From Octopus sinensis (taxonomy: Eukaryota): DNA of 64,000 nt. Of this stretch, positions 14,488 through 27,132 are shown in pieces. The DNA lies in NCBI RefSeq assembly GCF_006345805.1, contig NC_043004.1:54560001-54624000 (forward strand), read 5' to 3'. The number at the start of each line of letters is the position of its first letter. Within the stretch, counting starts at the first letter, position 1. Under the pieces are notes generated by a model, which made no database searches, had not been told where the DNA came from, and was given only the letters and a program-made list of their open reading frames with translations. A program made the position numbers and the translations under genes.

Positions 14488-15061
14488 GAGTGAGAGAGCA
14501 GTGCATGCCATCAAAGTGACACTGGGGTAAAATAGACGAAGCCCAATATACCCATCATGACTACCCGTCTGATAAGGGTACACCAGGCACATGCATCACA
14601 ACCATATGTGCGCCACATGGTGATCTCATATCAAGATAAACAGCACATGACCTTGCAGATGGGGCCCAGGTAGAATTTTCTTCAGGTTGAGTAGCCCATC
14701 CCGCTCAAAAGGTCCCTGAATAAGGGTTGTTTAAGGATGTTGAAAGAACCACCCATGTTTCCAGAGGTGAATTATTCAAACCCCAAAGAATCCCTTTCAA
14801 CACATGGCTATGATGCTCCCCCACTACTTCTGCTCGTGATCAGAGATGCACTTATCGTCAGCCACTAAGGGACATGCTCAACTGGTTAAGGTCAAACAAC
14901 TGACAAGCGAATCTGTGGTATTGAGCAGAATATTTGCTGTAGCCCATCTTTTATACCAAGACAAAACAATGTACATAACACTTCCAATCAGTTAAGATCA
15001 GAAGCCATGAGAGCCACTGCCTGGTACTGCATCAGGGCATCCTGGTACTGCATCAGGGCAT
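14488..15061 (-). mobile_element. ~570-bp non-coding dispersed repeat, copy A
   Basis: Near-identical to 15968-16522 and flanked by (ATT)n on both sides. The terminal 21-mer cctggtactgcatcagggcat is tandemly duplicated (15020-15061). Confidence 0.85.
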
Positions 15062-15065
15062 TTAG

Positions 15066-15147
<82 letters not shown>

Positions 15148-15194
15148 TATTATTATTATTATTACTATTATTATTATTATTATCATTATTATTA

Positions 15195-15838
15195 CTATTA
15201 TTAACATTATTAATGGGTTTTTCTTCTTCTTTCAAATTTGCTTTCATTTCTTGCCGAGTGCCTTCCCGACTCCTAGGGCAAAGAAACTCATAGTATACAT
15301 TGGTAGGCCATTAAACTAAACTCACTAGTTCGTTAATTTTTTTTTGTTTTTGATAGAAATAAAGTTAAATTAAAATACATGGGTAGTAATAGTTCTCACA
15401 TCGACAATGCTCTTCTCAATACGTGTGATGTACCAGTTAAGACAATCTTTTGCACTTTTTGCAGGGATGATAAGCCAGGGATCATTCTCATATAATTTTC
15501 GGTTCCCTTCTTGATCATTCCTAGTGCTCCTACGATCACTGGTATTGTAACCGCCTTGAGATGCCACATTTTCTCAATTTCAATGAGTAGGTCTTTATAT
15601 TTTCTGAGCTTCTCAAACTCTTTCGCTGAGATATTATGATCACAGGGGATGCTTATGTCGATCAATAAGCAAACTTTATTGTTTTGGTCTTTCACAATAT
15701 AATATCCGGTTTATTGACTTTGATGGTTCGGTCTGTATGTACTGGAAAGTCCCACAGAATCGTTACATTTTCTCCTTCAGTTACAGATTATTGTAATGCC
15801 GACTTATTAGCCAGTGTAGATAGTGGCCAACTCTGGCA
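15195..15838 (-). mobile_element. 3' fragment of an R4/Dong-like non-LTR retrotransposon (restriction-like endonuclease)
   Basis: ORF 15396-15695 reads CLLIDISIPCDHNISAKEFEKLRKY...WHLKAVTIPVIVGALG; upstream reads ILWDFPVHTDRTIKVNKPDII (PD-D/ExK RLE). Confidence 0.88.
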
Positions 15839-15967
15839 TGTCTTATTATTATCATCATTATTATTATTATTGTTATTATTATTATTATTATTATGATGAT
15901 TATCATTATTATTATTATTATCATTATCATTATTATTATTATCATCATCATCATTATTATTATTATT

Positions 15968-16522
15968 GAGTGAGAGAGCAGTTCATGCCATCAAAGTGAC
16001 ACTGGGGTAAATAGATGAAGCCGAATATACCCATCATGACTACCCGTCTGATAAGGGTACACCAGGCACATGCATCACAACCATATGTGCGCCACATGGT
16101 GATCTCATATCAAGATAAACAGCACATTACCTTGTAGGTGGGGCCCAGGTAGAATTTTCTTCAGGTCGAGTAACCCATCCTCCTTAAAAGGTCCCTGAAT
16201 AAGGGTTGTTTAAGGATGTTGAACGAAACACCCATGTTTCCAGTGGTGAATTATTAAAATCTCAAAGAATCCCTCTCAACTCATGGCTATGATGCTCCCC
16301 CACTACTTCTGCTCGTGATCAGAGATGCACATATCGTCAGCCACTAAGGGATATGCTCAACTGGTTAAGGTCAAACAACTGACAAGCAAATCTGTGGTAT
16401 TGAGCAGAATATTTGCTGCAGCCCATCTTTCATACCAAGACAAAACAATGTACATGAGAAAACTTCCAATCAGTTAAGATCAGAAGCCATGAGAGCCACT
16501 GCCTGGTACTGCATCAGGGCAT
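15968..16522 (-). mobile_element. ~570-bp non-coding dispersed repeat, copy B
   Basis: Same termini as copy A (gagtgagagagca ... gcatcagggcat) with (ATT)n flanks. Confidence 0.85.
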
Positions 16523-16575
16523 TTATTATTATTATTATTATTATTATTACTACTACTACTACTACTACTACTACT

Positions 16576-16610
<35 letters not shown>

Positions 16611-16616
16611 TTATTA

Positions 16617-18141
16617 TCACAGGTTTTGTTGGAGCTCCTTTGTCTTGCATGCGTAGCGGGTTTGTTCCCTGCAGCTTCCCATGCTATCTGTTTTCAGCTA
16701 TCTCTGATTATTCTAGCCGTGCCAGTTGTACTGGGCACTCTATTCCAATTTACTTTGTATTCTCCTTGATGCATTCTGGTACAGTTCCCAACATAATTTG
16801 CGCTATCTTTACCTTCTTCCTTTTCCATTGCCGGGCTATTTCGTACTTAAGAGGGTTGTATTGATCTATCTTTTCACATTCCTTCTTGACTATTCATCGG
16901 TCAAAGGGGCATGCAACATCAACTATATAGCATATGTAGTGCATCTTGTTCACCACCAATGGGTCTGATCTGTTATGCTCTAAAATCGCAGAAGATTTTG
17001 CTAGTCTATGACTCTCACTCCCTGCGGTTTGGGCTCATACCACGTCTTGCCACTCTCTAGCCCCCACTTTCGCACAGTTTCTAATGAAGCACTTTTGCTA
17101 CCTGATCATGTCACCACAACCTGTAATGGTTTTGGGCAAGTCTAGGGCTTTCGTTCGTGACATAGGCAATGGTTTCATCCACTGTATTGCAAATGCGTCA
17201 CATCGGAGATCCTCAAGTTGACCCTCCAGTTCGTGGCCAAAGCTTGGTCATGCGCTGCCAGTATGGAGCTCTCGGTCTCTTTTCTTTTTTAGTGCTCATG
17301 AATTCCTTTCCTCAGCCAATTCCACCTATTTTTTCCAGCAAATCTGTTGTGGCTATATTGAGTTGATTGTGTAGTCCCTCCTTGTGTAATTCTTCTTGTC
17401 CTTTTTGTACTTTTAGTCCTTTTTGTACTTTTTTCTTTGTTGCTCCTTTATTCTTTGTTTCCCCTTTTTTGCTCTGCTCTCAATACTCCCTCGTTCCTAA
17501 TTGTCACTACCAATGTTTCCTTACTTTCCGCTAGGTATCTCATTATGCTCTCGAATTCGATACGCACGCAGTCTTCCACACTGATCAATCCCTTTCCTAT
17601 ATTTGGTCTCTTCATGTGTAGGCGATCAGTGTCTGCACTTGGATGAAGGGCTCAATGCATCGTTAGGAGCTTATTTGTCTTCCTGTCCATCTCCTTTAGC
17701 TCCTCCTATGTCCACTTCAAGATCCCAGCGCCATACCGAACTACTGCGACTGCGCGCGAGTTTATTGCCGATATTATGTTTCTGGTATTCATCTTTGAAG
17801 CCAATATTTTTCGCTTTATCCGGAGATACTCTGTTTTTCTCTTTTCCTTCATGTCGTTGTGTTTGATTCTATCCGCCTCTAGTATTCCCAGGTATTTATA
17901 ACTGGACTGAAGTTGAATTGCCTTCATCATTTCACAACTTGGCAACCATATGCCTTCTGTGCTGACAAGCTTCCTCGTCTCCACACCATCGTAGCACAAT
18001 TTGAGAGTTCAAGATCCATATTAATATCATTGAAGAAAATTTGCAGACTGGACTAGGCCTCAATTTTTATGAATAGCTTCAGGTCGTCCATGCCTAGCAA
18101 GTGGTTCAGTCTTACCTTACCCCTTCGCAAATCATAGCCCA
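16617..18141 (-). mobile_element. Decayed R4/Dong-like LINE (RT C-terminus, CCHC region, RLE)
   Basis: Minus frames read LRRGKVRLNHLLGMDDLKLF, YKYLGILEAD, AINSRAVAVVRYGAG, AAHDQALATN and VDVACPFD. Flanked by (ATT)n/(ACT)n. Confidence 0.85.
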
Positions 18142-18142
18142 A

Positions 18143-18184
<42 letters not shown>

Positions 18185-18195
18185 GGTGGTGGTGG

Positions 18196-18655
18196 TGGTG
18201 ATGTTGTTCTTCTCGTTATTATTATAATGATAATAAATTCTGCACTTCACATAGTTCGTCCTTAATGCTTGATCCTGTGCCGCACATATAAATGCTTCTC
18301 TCTCTATCTTCAGGTCACTCTTCTGCATCCAAAACCACCGGTCTTCTGTATCTGTCTTGGCGCTTGTATCTCTTGCAAACTGACAGTACATTTTTTTCTT
18401 CCATGCTATTCTTTTTTCCAAGTTCTTTTCCTCATTAAATTTTTCTTTTTTTGAACAATTATCCATTTTGATTATACCAGATCTCTGTAGATATTTCAGC
18501 AATCATCCCACGGCATTTTTTCATACCACCATAAGCCGTTTTCTTCTGCTTCTACACAATCCTGGCAATCCTCTTCCACCCTTTCCTCTGCACAAGTACA
18601 ACCTATCGGTCTCATTCTTCGGATGGGATGCTCCGTGCACTGTCAATATTTATAT
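18196..18655 (-). mobile_element. Internal fragment of an R4/Dong-like LINE
   Basis: Reads WKKKMYCQFAR...WFWMQKSDLKIEREAFICAAQDQALRTNYVKCRI. Confidence 0.8.
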
Positions 18656-18725
18656 GATAGCTACATAGTAGTAATAATGATGATGATGATGATAATTATT
18701 ATCATTATTTTTTTATTATTATTAC

Positions 18726-18786
<61 letters not shown>

Positions 18787-18831
18787 GTTGTTGTTGTTAT
18801 TATTGTTATTATTGTTATTATTATTATTATA

Positions 18832-19119
18832 TGTTTGACTTTTGCTATACATTTATACAAGTTGGCTCCAAGTCTCACCCAAAGGCCTCAAGAGACAACA
18901 GGTTGGAAGTTCATGTTGTTGTTATGCCTAGTGTGCCATATATTTGGTTTTGTATTTAGTGTTGTACTAGTGAATGTCTAAAAATCCATACGAAAATTGT
19001 TTGTTTTAAAACTTGAGATTACATAGGAAGTATTTTGCGTAGGATATGAGCAGTTCCCATGAGCACTATCTTTTGAATTTCTGCCATTTTGGGGTTTCCT
19101 GGTGTCTGAGTTAGCTAAC
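18832..19119 (-). mobile_element. 3' terminal fragment of an R4/Dong-like LINE
   Basis: Minus frame PGNPKMAEIQKIVLMGTAHILRKILPM* is homologous to LQKVQKIVLTGTSHVLRRALSM; the 3' UTR is followed by (TAA)n. Confidence 0.8.
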
Positions 19120-19179
<60 letters not shown>

Positions 19180-19193
19180 TATTATTATTATTA

Positions 19194-19274
<81 letters not shown>

Positions 19275-19547
19275 TATTATTATTATTTGTAGTACGAAAA
19301 TAAAAACACAAACAATACAATTCTATTTTGAATGTGCAGAGTCTGAAGTACCAATTTTTATGCTGGATAATTAGTGTCCAACATACCGGGACGAGGTTTC
19401 GTCCGATTCATCACCAAGGTCAACTATATGTGGATGAAATTGGAATGACTATACTTAATGCATATGTGTGTATCCGTGCATGAGTGAGTATGCGCATATG
19501 TGCGCCTGTGTGTGTGTATGTGTATGTGTGCGCGCGCACGTACATGA

Positions 19548-20000
19548 TCATCATCATTGTTCGACCGGGGTCGAGACAATGGAAGTTACTATGCTACGCC
19601 AGACTTCACGGTCCATCATAGCATTACGGAGGTCCTGTTGCTGGATGCCTGTATCCCTGGAGATTACATCAGGGTAGGAGAGTGTGCGCCCTCTGGTATC
19701 GCGAGTAGATGGCTTCCAGAGGAGAAGAGGAGAAATTGCCTCGTTTTCAGCTCTACAACAATGTCCAGCAAACTGGACTCTCCTCCCTTTCACAAGAGAT
19801 GATACAGGTGGTAATTTCCCATATATTTGTATTTTGGTTGGATGACGCTTCCACGAGAGATTTTGAGCTCACATAAGGAGGCGAGTGTAAGCGCCATCCA
19901 ACCGCTTCTCAAGCTTCTTTGATAACGTCCAGGTTTCTGAGCCATATAGTAGAATTGGTTCGACTGTGGCTTATGAAGAGAGGTAGATTATTGAACTGAG
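19548..20000 (-). mobile_element. 3' fragment of an RTE-like LINE
   Basis: Reads FIATVEPILLYGSETWTLSKKLEKRLDGAYTRLL...RRVQFAGHCCR...DREVWRSIV, ending in a short (TGA)n tail. Confidence 0.82.
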
Positions 20001-20149
20001 GGAGGAGACAGAGACTAGATGAGAACATAATAATACTAAAGTAGTTTATCAAATAATAATAACATGATAAAATGTAAAAATGCAAAGAATTGCACCAAGT
20101 ATTGACGAGATTAACAATACATAGCGTACGGTTATGATATATGATTGTA

Positions 20150-20233
20150 TGAGTGCGAGTGCGCGCATCTGTGAATATATGTGTACATCTGTATGTGTGT
20201 CCGTGTCTGCGTGTGTACAGATATGTATGTATG

Positions 20234-20265
<32 letters not shown>

Positions 20266-20410
20266 TGTGTGTGTGTCTATATATATACATATATATATGT
20301 ACACATATATGTATATGTATATTTACATATACATATACGTATATATACACAAATATATACATGTACATATATATATATATATATAATATATATATATATA
20401 CATATACATG

Positions 20411-20474
<64 letters not shown>

Positions 20475-20963
20475 TGCATATATGCATACACACATCCGTG
20501 TGTGTGTGTGGTGTGTGTGTGTGTGAGCGTGTATGTGTGCATGTGTGTTTGCATGCGCGCGTGTGTGTCTGTGTGTGTATTGATCTGGAAAGCCTGATCA
20601 ATATGAATTTCTATAAAATATTAGTTTATATTTTAATTATATTTACGCTTCCGTTCCACCAATTTTATCTTCTTTACTGCTGTTTCTTAGAAATGGTCTA
20701 CAGCCGTCCTAAGTACATACAGTTCTAGTTGGGAATGAGAATTAAGTAGAAAGCTATCTATCTCCTAGATTTGTTCCTCCGTGTATATTTACATTAATCT
20801 CCTGTCAAAATTAATTCCTTGCAAACATCACATCAGGTTTACCGAAAACTGTTTTATCCTACAGGATTTGAAAATCATGCTGGATAGATGTTTTCGATTT
20901 TATTCTCGAGAATGTTCGATAGACATACATATACACGGTCATACACACATACACACACACACA

Positions 20964-21011
<48 letters not shown>

Positions 21012-21260
21012 CACACACGCAGACCAGCTGCAGTTGTTGATTTAGGTTTGTAGTAATTGTTACTGTGGTTGTGGTGGTGATAGTGATGGTGTTAGCGGTG
21101 GGTGAGAGATTAAAGGTGGTGGTGGTGGTGGTAGTGGTGGCGGCGTTGGTGGTGGCACTGGTGGTGGCGACGGCGGTAGTTACGTTGTTGCTGGTACTGC
21201 TAGTTTAGGTGATGGTGATGGTGGTGGTGGTGGTGGTGGTGGTGGTGGTGGTGTGGTGGG
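20150..21260. repeat. (TA)n/(TG)n/(CA)n and (GGT)n microsatellite tracts
   Basis: Directly visible. Confidence 0.9.
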
Positions 21261-22149
21261 TTTAGTGTGGGACTGCTGATGGCGGCGATTGTGGACATAT
21301 CGGGCTCGTGGTGATGGGAAAAGTTGTCGTTTGACCACTGTCGAATTCCTGAACGTGCACACTTACGATCAAGTACATTCCATGCGTGACCATCTCGTCT
21401 TTTTTCATATGTACAAGGAACCACGGATCAACTAATCTTTTCTAGACGGTTGTGATTTAAGGTAGATTTCGTTGATGTTTTCATAAGTCAGAGAGACAGA
21501 CAAAGACTAGTAAATACTTGGTTGTTTCGGTCATGTAATCAATATATCACACAAGAACCCGTGTGATATATTGAAACTATTTGGTTTATTACATAAAATA
21601 TGACGGTATGATCATGGATGTAATGACTTTGATCATTTTCCTGTTCAATCAAAGTAAACAGCTGTAACACCAACAACAACAATAGCAGTAGCAACAAGAA
21701 GATAAATTCAGAGCAAGAGCACACACTTAAAATGTAAATACAATGAAACAATTAAACATAAAACTTATGCATAAAAACGGACTTGCTACAAACTAATGAA
21801 AGCGTCATAACAGATGGAAGCACACACAAAAATCATATAATTGGACAAAACAGTGACACGACTGCGACACACCGCAAATGAACTTTCAACGATTGAATCC
21901 ACTAAACGCAAATACAGAAAGCTTTATAGCAAAACAAACACAATCGCAGAAATATGATTATGAAGGTCATCATTTAATGAAATACGGGGCCACAATTTAA
22001 TGCAGACAACTCATTACAATTGAACAACTAGAGTTATCATTGTTAAGGACCTAACAGAAACAGTTAAGGAAACAGAAGTGAAATAACAAATTCAGTGAAT
22101 ATGGATTAACTTAAACACCTTTGCATTTCAACGTTCTAATTAGGGGTGC

Positions 22150-22765
22150 CATGAAAAAGGTGTTTCTAATTCTGGCAAAACCAGCTATTTTGAGGGGAGG
22201 GGAATCCAATAACATTGACTCCAGTAGGTGAGTGGTACTTATTTCGTCGACTCTACAAGGCTGGCAAACGAAGTCGACCGCAGCGGCATTAGAACGCAGA
22301 ACAGAAGAAATGTTGCTAAGCATTTTGTCCGACTAGGCAACGATTCTTCCAGCTCGCTGCTTTCAGGCTTCCATGAAATAAGGGTTTTAAAATTTGGTGC
22401 AGAGCCAGCAGTTTTCTTGGGGGGGGGGGAAGTCGATTTACGTCGAATCCAGTACGTAACTGCCCCTTATTTAATCGACACCGAAAGGACTAAAGGCAGT
22501 CGGCCATAGCGGAATTTGAATTCAGATTGTAAAGACGGACGAAAAAACCTCTAAGCGTTTCATCCAGCGAGCTAACAACTCAGCTATTGTACTTGAAATA
22601 ACTGTTTCAAATTTTGGGCCCAGAGCAATTAGTTTTGAAGCGTGGGGAAGTCGATTACATCGACCCTAGTACTTGACTGCTACTTATTTTATCGACACCA
22701 AACGATGAAACACAAAGTCGACTACGGCAAAAATTTAACTCAGGATGTAAAGACGGACAAAAAGT
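22150..22765 (-). mobile_element. Three adjacent decayed copies of a tRNA-derived SINE (octopus OK-like)
   Basis: Repeated gtcgat...agtac...tacttattt(t)atcgac...gaaagg...aaagtcgac...ggaatttgaactcag motif, homologous to 24473-24700. Confidence 0.75.
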
Positions 22766-22769
22766 TGCT

Positions 22770-23180
22770 GAGCATAGCTTTGTAGTAAGAAGCTTGCTTA
22801 CCAACCAAATGATTCCTGGTTCAGCCCCACTGAGTGGCACCTTGCGCAAGTGTCTTCTACTATAGCCTCCGGCCAACCGAAGCCTTATGAGTGGATTTGG
22901 TTGACGGAAACTGAAAGAAGCCCGTCGTATATATGTATATACATATATAACTTTGTGTGTGTGTGTCTTTCTGTCTGTGTTTGTCCCCCACCAGCGCTTC
23001 AAAACCAGTGTTGGTGTGTTTACGTCCCCATAACTTAACAGTTCAGCAAAAGAGACTGATAAAATAAGTTCCACGCTTAACAAAAAAATAAGTACTGAGA
23101 TCAATTCATTTGACTAAAAATATCTTCAAGGCATGTCCCAGCATGGCCGCAGCCTGATGACTGAAACAAGTAAAAGATAA
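22770..23180 (+). mobile_element. tRNA-derived SINE with internal microsatellite (family of 60517-60925)
   Basis: Contains gcttgcttaccaacca...ggttcagccccactg...aagtgtcttctactatagcc and ends atgactgaaacaagtaaaag. Confidence 0.8.
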
Positions 23181-24472
23181 AAATGGTAAAAGGTAAGCAC
23201 TTTGTCCGGCTTGCTAACGATTCTGTTAGCTCGACGCCATCGAGCTGCCGTGAAATAATTACATGTAACATGATCCTGCAAGAAATTATTTTAGCGAAAA
23301 AACATTCGAGTGTCAATTCTACAAACTGAATTAACTCATTTATTGAATGATAGTACTGAAGGGAACAATGGTTGAGGCTTTATAAATTCTGGCCCCACTT
23401 AGTCTAACTTTGATAAAGTAAAATGGTAAGAAAATACACGTGGTGTGCTCCTGGAGATCAACTATCATAGGAAGGCCAATGCCTTCTAGATTAACTTAAC
23501 TTGAGGCGGACTTGGAAATTTGAAATTTTAATCAAAGTTTAATGAAGGTGTACAGAATATATATACATCAAATATTTCCTTTATCCTACACATTATAAAG
23601 ATCTTTAAAAAAAATTCTGAATATAGCGAAGGAACGAGAATACCTTAAAAAGATATTTCTGAATAAAGCGAAGGAATGGGAAGACCTTTAAAAAATTCTG
23701 ATTATAGCGAAGGAACGAGAAGACCCGTCTTTACTAAATGAAATGTTAATGAAGTAAATATCATTGTCAAAAAAGAGGCTAATAAAACTATATAACCTAA
23801 ATTTATAAAACTGTTGAAGGAATGCCAGAAGCAAAAGAAAGGTTTAAGGAAATTATATCAGTAGAATAATACAAAATTAGAGGTTTCGAAAAATCAGAAA
23901 ATATTTGATAAAAAATGAAAAAAACACTATAAAAATCGAAGATTCACTTATATCAACGGAAATTCAATTCTTTTAGAAAGGAAAAATATTCAGCACAATT
24001 AAAACTGTTAATGAAAATACAATAATTTAAAGTTTGAACACCTGACCATCACTCATGAACCTGCAGCAGAGGTATAGTATGAAATGGTATGCAGATCAAA
24101 ATCAACATCAAAATGGCTGCTGAAAGCCTATGTGTATAGGGCATGCAGTGGTGGCTTCAATCCTACTGTTGGTGATAGTGTTGGTGGTGAAAGTGATGGT
24201 GATACTGTTTGGAATGGTGGTGGTAATGGTCATGGTAATGTTCATAGTAGTAATGGTGGTAGTGATATTTGAGGTGATGGTAATGTCTGTGGTGGTTGTG
24301 ATAACGTTCATGGAGTAGTGGTATTGACGGTGGTAATGAGAAAGATGTTTATGATGATGGTTAATAAAATTGAAGGCCCAGGAGACTTATTACATTACAA
24401 GCCTATTACTTAATTGCCAACAGCCTGAAAAACCTTTACATTTATACTCTACAGCAAGATGAGTGTTCAATT

Positions 24473-25005
24473 GGCGAGCTGGCAGAAACGTTAGCACGCC
24501 GGGCGAAATGCGTAGCCGTATTTCGTCTGCCGTTACGTTCTGAATTCAAATTCCACCGAGGTCGACTTTGCCTTTCATCCTTTCGGGGTCGATTAAATAA
24601 GAACCAATTACGCACTGGGGTCGATATAATCGAGTTAATCCGTTTGTCTGTCCTTTTTTGTCCTCTCTGTGTTTAGCCCCTTGTGGGTAGTAAAGAAATA
24701 TGTATTTCGTCTGCTGCTACGTTCTGAGTTCAAATTCCGCCGAGGTCGACTTTGCCTTTCATCGTTTCGGGGTCGATAAATTAAGTACCACTTGCGTACT
24801 CGGGTCGATCTAATCGACTGGCTCCCTCTCCAAAAATGTCTGGTCTTGTGCCTAGAGTAGAAAAGAATATGTATCTATCTAAGGCGACGAGCTGGCAGAA
24901 ACGGATGAAATGCTTAGCGGTATTTCGTCTGTCTTTATATTCTGAGTTCAGACTGACTCCCTCCACAAAAATGTCGTGCCTTGTGCCAAGAGTAGAAAAG
25001 AATAT
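24473..25005 (+). mobile_element. OK-like tRNA-derived SINE (full copy 24473-24700) followed by partial copies
   Basis: Head ggcgagctggcagaaacgttagcacgccgggcg...gttctgaattcaaattcc; tail gtttagccccttgtgggtagtaaagaaata. Confidence 0.85.
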
Positions 25006-25730
25006 GTTGATATATTTACGTGTGTGTGTATGTGTATTTTCTTCTTGTTTCTAAGTCTGTTACAGTATGCGTATGCATGTATATTATATTATATTAAGTT
25101 ATACTATTGACATCATAAGAATTTTGTAAAACCTACGAGAAAATGTGAACTAACTATTTGTAGGGTGGGGGGAATATCTCGAACTACAAAGTTATAAATA
25201 ACAGAATTTACATATTGGATAGAAAAGCCCTTTTGGGGAGAAAATGTTGAAGGCTGCTCCTTTCTAAAGATGTGAGTTCGTAACTAAACGCGCAACCTTC
25301 AACTTTTTCTTTGCAAATGGGGTTTTCAACCGAATATTTACACGCTATTATTTTTAGCTTTATGTGTGTGCTTCGAGATATTCGATAAACGAATTATTAT
25401 ATTTATATTATATTGTGTATGTTTGTGTGTATGTGTGCACTTGTGTATGTGTGCGTGTGTTTGTATGCGTGCGTGTGTGTGTGTGTGGTTCAAAAATTTA
25501 AAAAAGACACGAAGACAGAGTAAATAGTGACAGAATGTATTAGATGTATGCTCAGGAAAACTAGAAGTCTTTTAACCGTTGAGCCTACGCTCTTCTACCG
25601 AAAAATAGATAAAGGAGGCGAAAGATAGAGAGAGGAAAGAACAAACGTGTCTCGATGGGTTGCACAAACCCAAGACAACTATAATCGGGTAAGCCTAAAA
25701 TATGTAGGATTCTAGTAATGACCAAGTGAA

Positions 25731-26066
25731 GATGCATGGCTCAGTGGTTAGAGCGTCGAGCTCACGATATTGAGGGTGTGAGCTCGAATCCCGGACCGGG
25801 CTGCGTGTTGTGTTCTTGAGCAAGACGCTTTATTTCATGTTGCTCCAATTCACTCAGCTGTAGAAATGAGTTGCGACATCACAGGTGCCAAGCTGTATCG
25901 GCCCCCTTTGCCTTTCCCTTGGATAACACTGGTGGATGAAGAGGGGAGGCCGGTATGCATGGGTGACTGCTGGTCTTTCATGAACAACCTTGCCCGAACT
26001 TGTGCATGGGAAGGTAACTTTCTAGGTACAATCCCATGGTCAGTGTCGTGACCGAAGGGGGTCTCA
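25731..26066 (+). mobile_element. tRNA-derived CORE-type SINE
   Basis: Box A tggctcagtgg, box B gctcgaatcc, and a CORE-like segment ttgagcaagacgctttatttc...tgctccaattcactcagctgtagaaatgag. An inverted copy lies at 43700-44034. Confidence 0.85.
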
Positions 26067-26284
26067 GTCATGACTACAATCTCTTACTTTTTCAGATATA
26101 ACGTATATAAAACTACATAATCCAACACATCTGTCCATGATTAAAAGTGAACAAAGTGTGATTTGAGAGAGAATCGATTAATATTGTTTGCAAGTGGAGT
26201 AAACCCGTAGATGCTACGTATTGTATCGTGGAAATTTCATCTGCATATTTCACTGTAAATTATGTTCTCTCATGAAAGACTCTT

Positions 26285-26660
26285 TCACTTGTTTCGGTCA
26301 TTTGACTTCGGCCACGCTGGAGCACTGCCTTAAAGGATTTTAATCAAAGAAATCGACGCCAGGAGTTATTCTTTGTAAGCCTAGTACTTATTCTACTGCT
26401 CTCTTTTGCCGAACCGTTAAGTTACGGAAACATAAATACTCACGATCGGTTGTCAAGTGATTGAGGGAAGACAAACACACACATACACACACAAATATAT
26501 ATACAACGGGCTTCTTTAAGTTTCCATCTACCAGATCCACTCACTGGTCGACCCGAGGCTATAGTAGAAGACACCTGCCCAAAGTGCCACGCAGTGGAAC
26601 TGAACCCGGAACCATGTGGTTGGGAAGCAAGCTTCTTACCACAACCATGTCTGCACCTAT
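26285..26660 (-). mobile_element. tRNA-derived SINE (family of 60517-60925)
   Basis: Reverse-complement homology to 60517-60925. Confidence 0.8.
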
Positions 26661-27132
26661 GCTTAAGTCCTGCGACTTAATATTTGCAAGGAGTAAAGGT
26701 CGCTAAATGAGCACCGAAAGGTAAAATAACCAACCTCGATTCTATTTTCTGTTTATAGATGGAAATTTTACATACATTAGGTTTTAAGTCTGCAACGATC
26801 CAACATGCACATTAGGCCGGAGTTTTGTTACGGTTTCTATAGCATCCAAGCAACTGTGAATACAATATTTCCTTCTGAACGGGAGACCTGTTCGTTGTAG
26901 CGTCAAAGCCTCGGCTGTTTCTGTTATGCTTTCCAAAGAATGGACTAGAATAATGTGGAATTGTTTCGGTCAATATCCCATAGGGATCGGACCAAAACTG
27001 TTAAACCGTGATTGCAAAGCCCTAATCACTAGGCTTTCAACTATGTATCACTTATATAACTGTATATAAGTGCCTTCAACTGTATATCAGTTAAACTGCT
27101 AATGAAATCTAAAAACAGCTCTATATATTCAA

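Noticed and set aside
21180-21424. His-rich or Pro-rich ORFs on the minus strand as a host exon
   Set aside because: The low-complexity part comes from (GGT)n. I recognised no domain or convincing splice pair, though a real exon cannot be excluded without RNA data.
23598-23726. CRISPR-like repeat array
   Set aside because: The repeats are contiguous and degenerate with no unique spacers, in a eukaryotic context.
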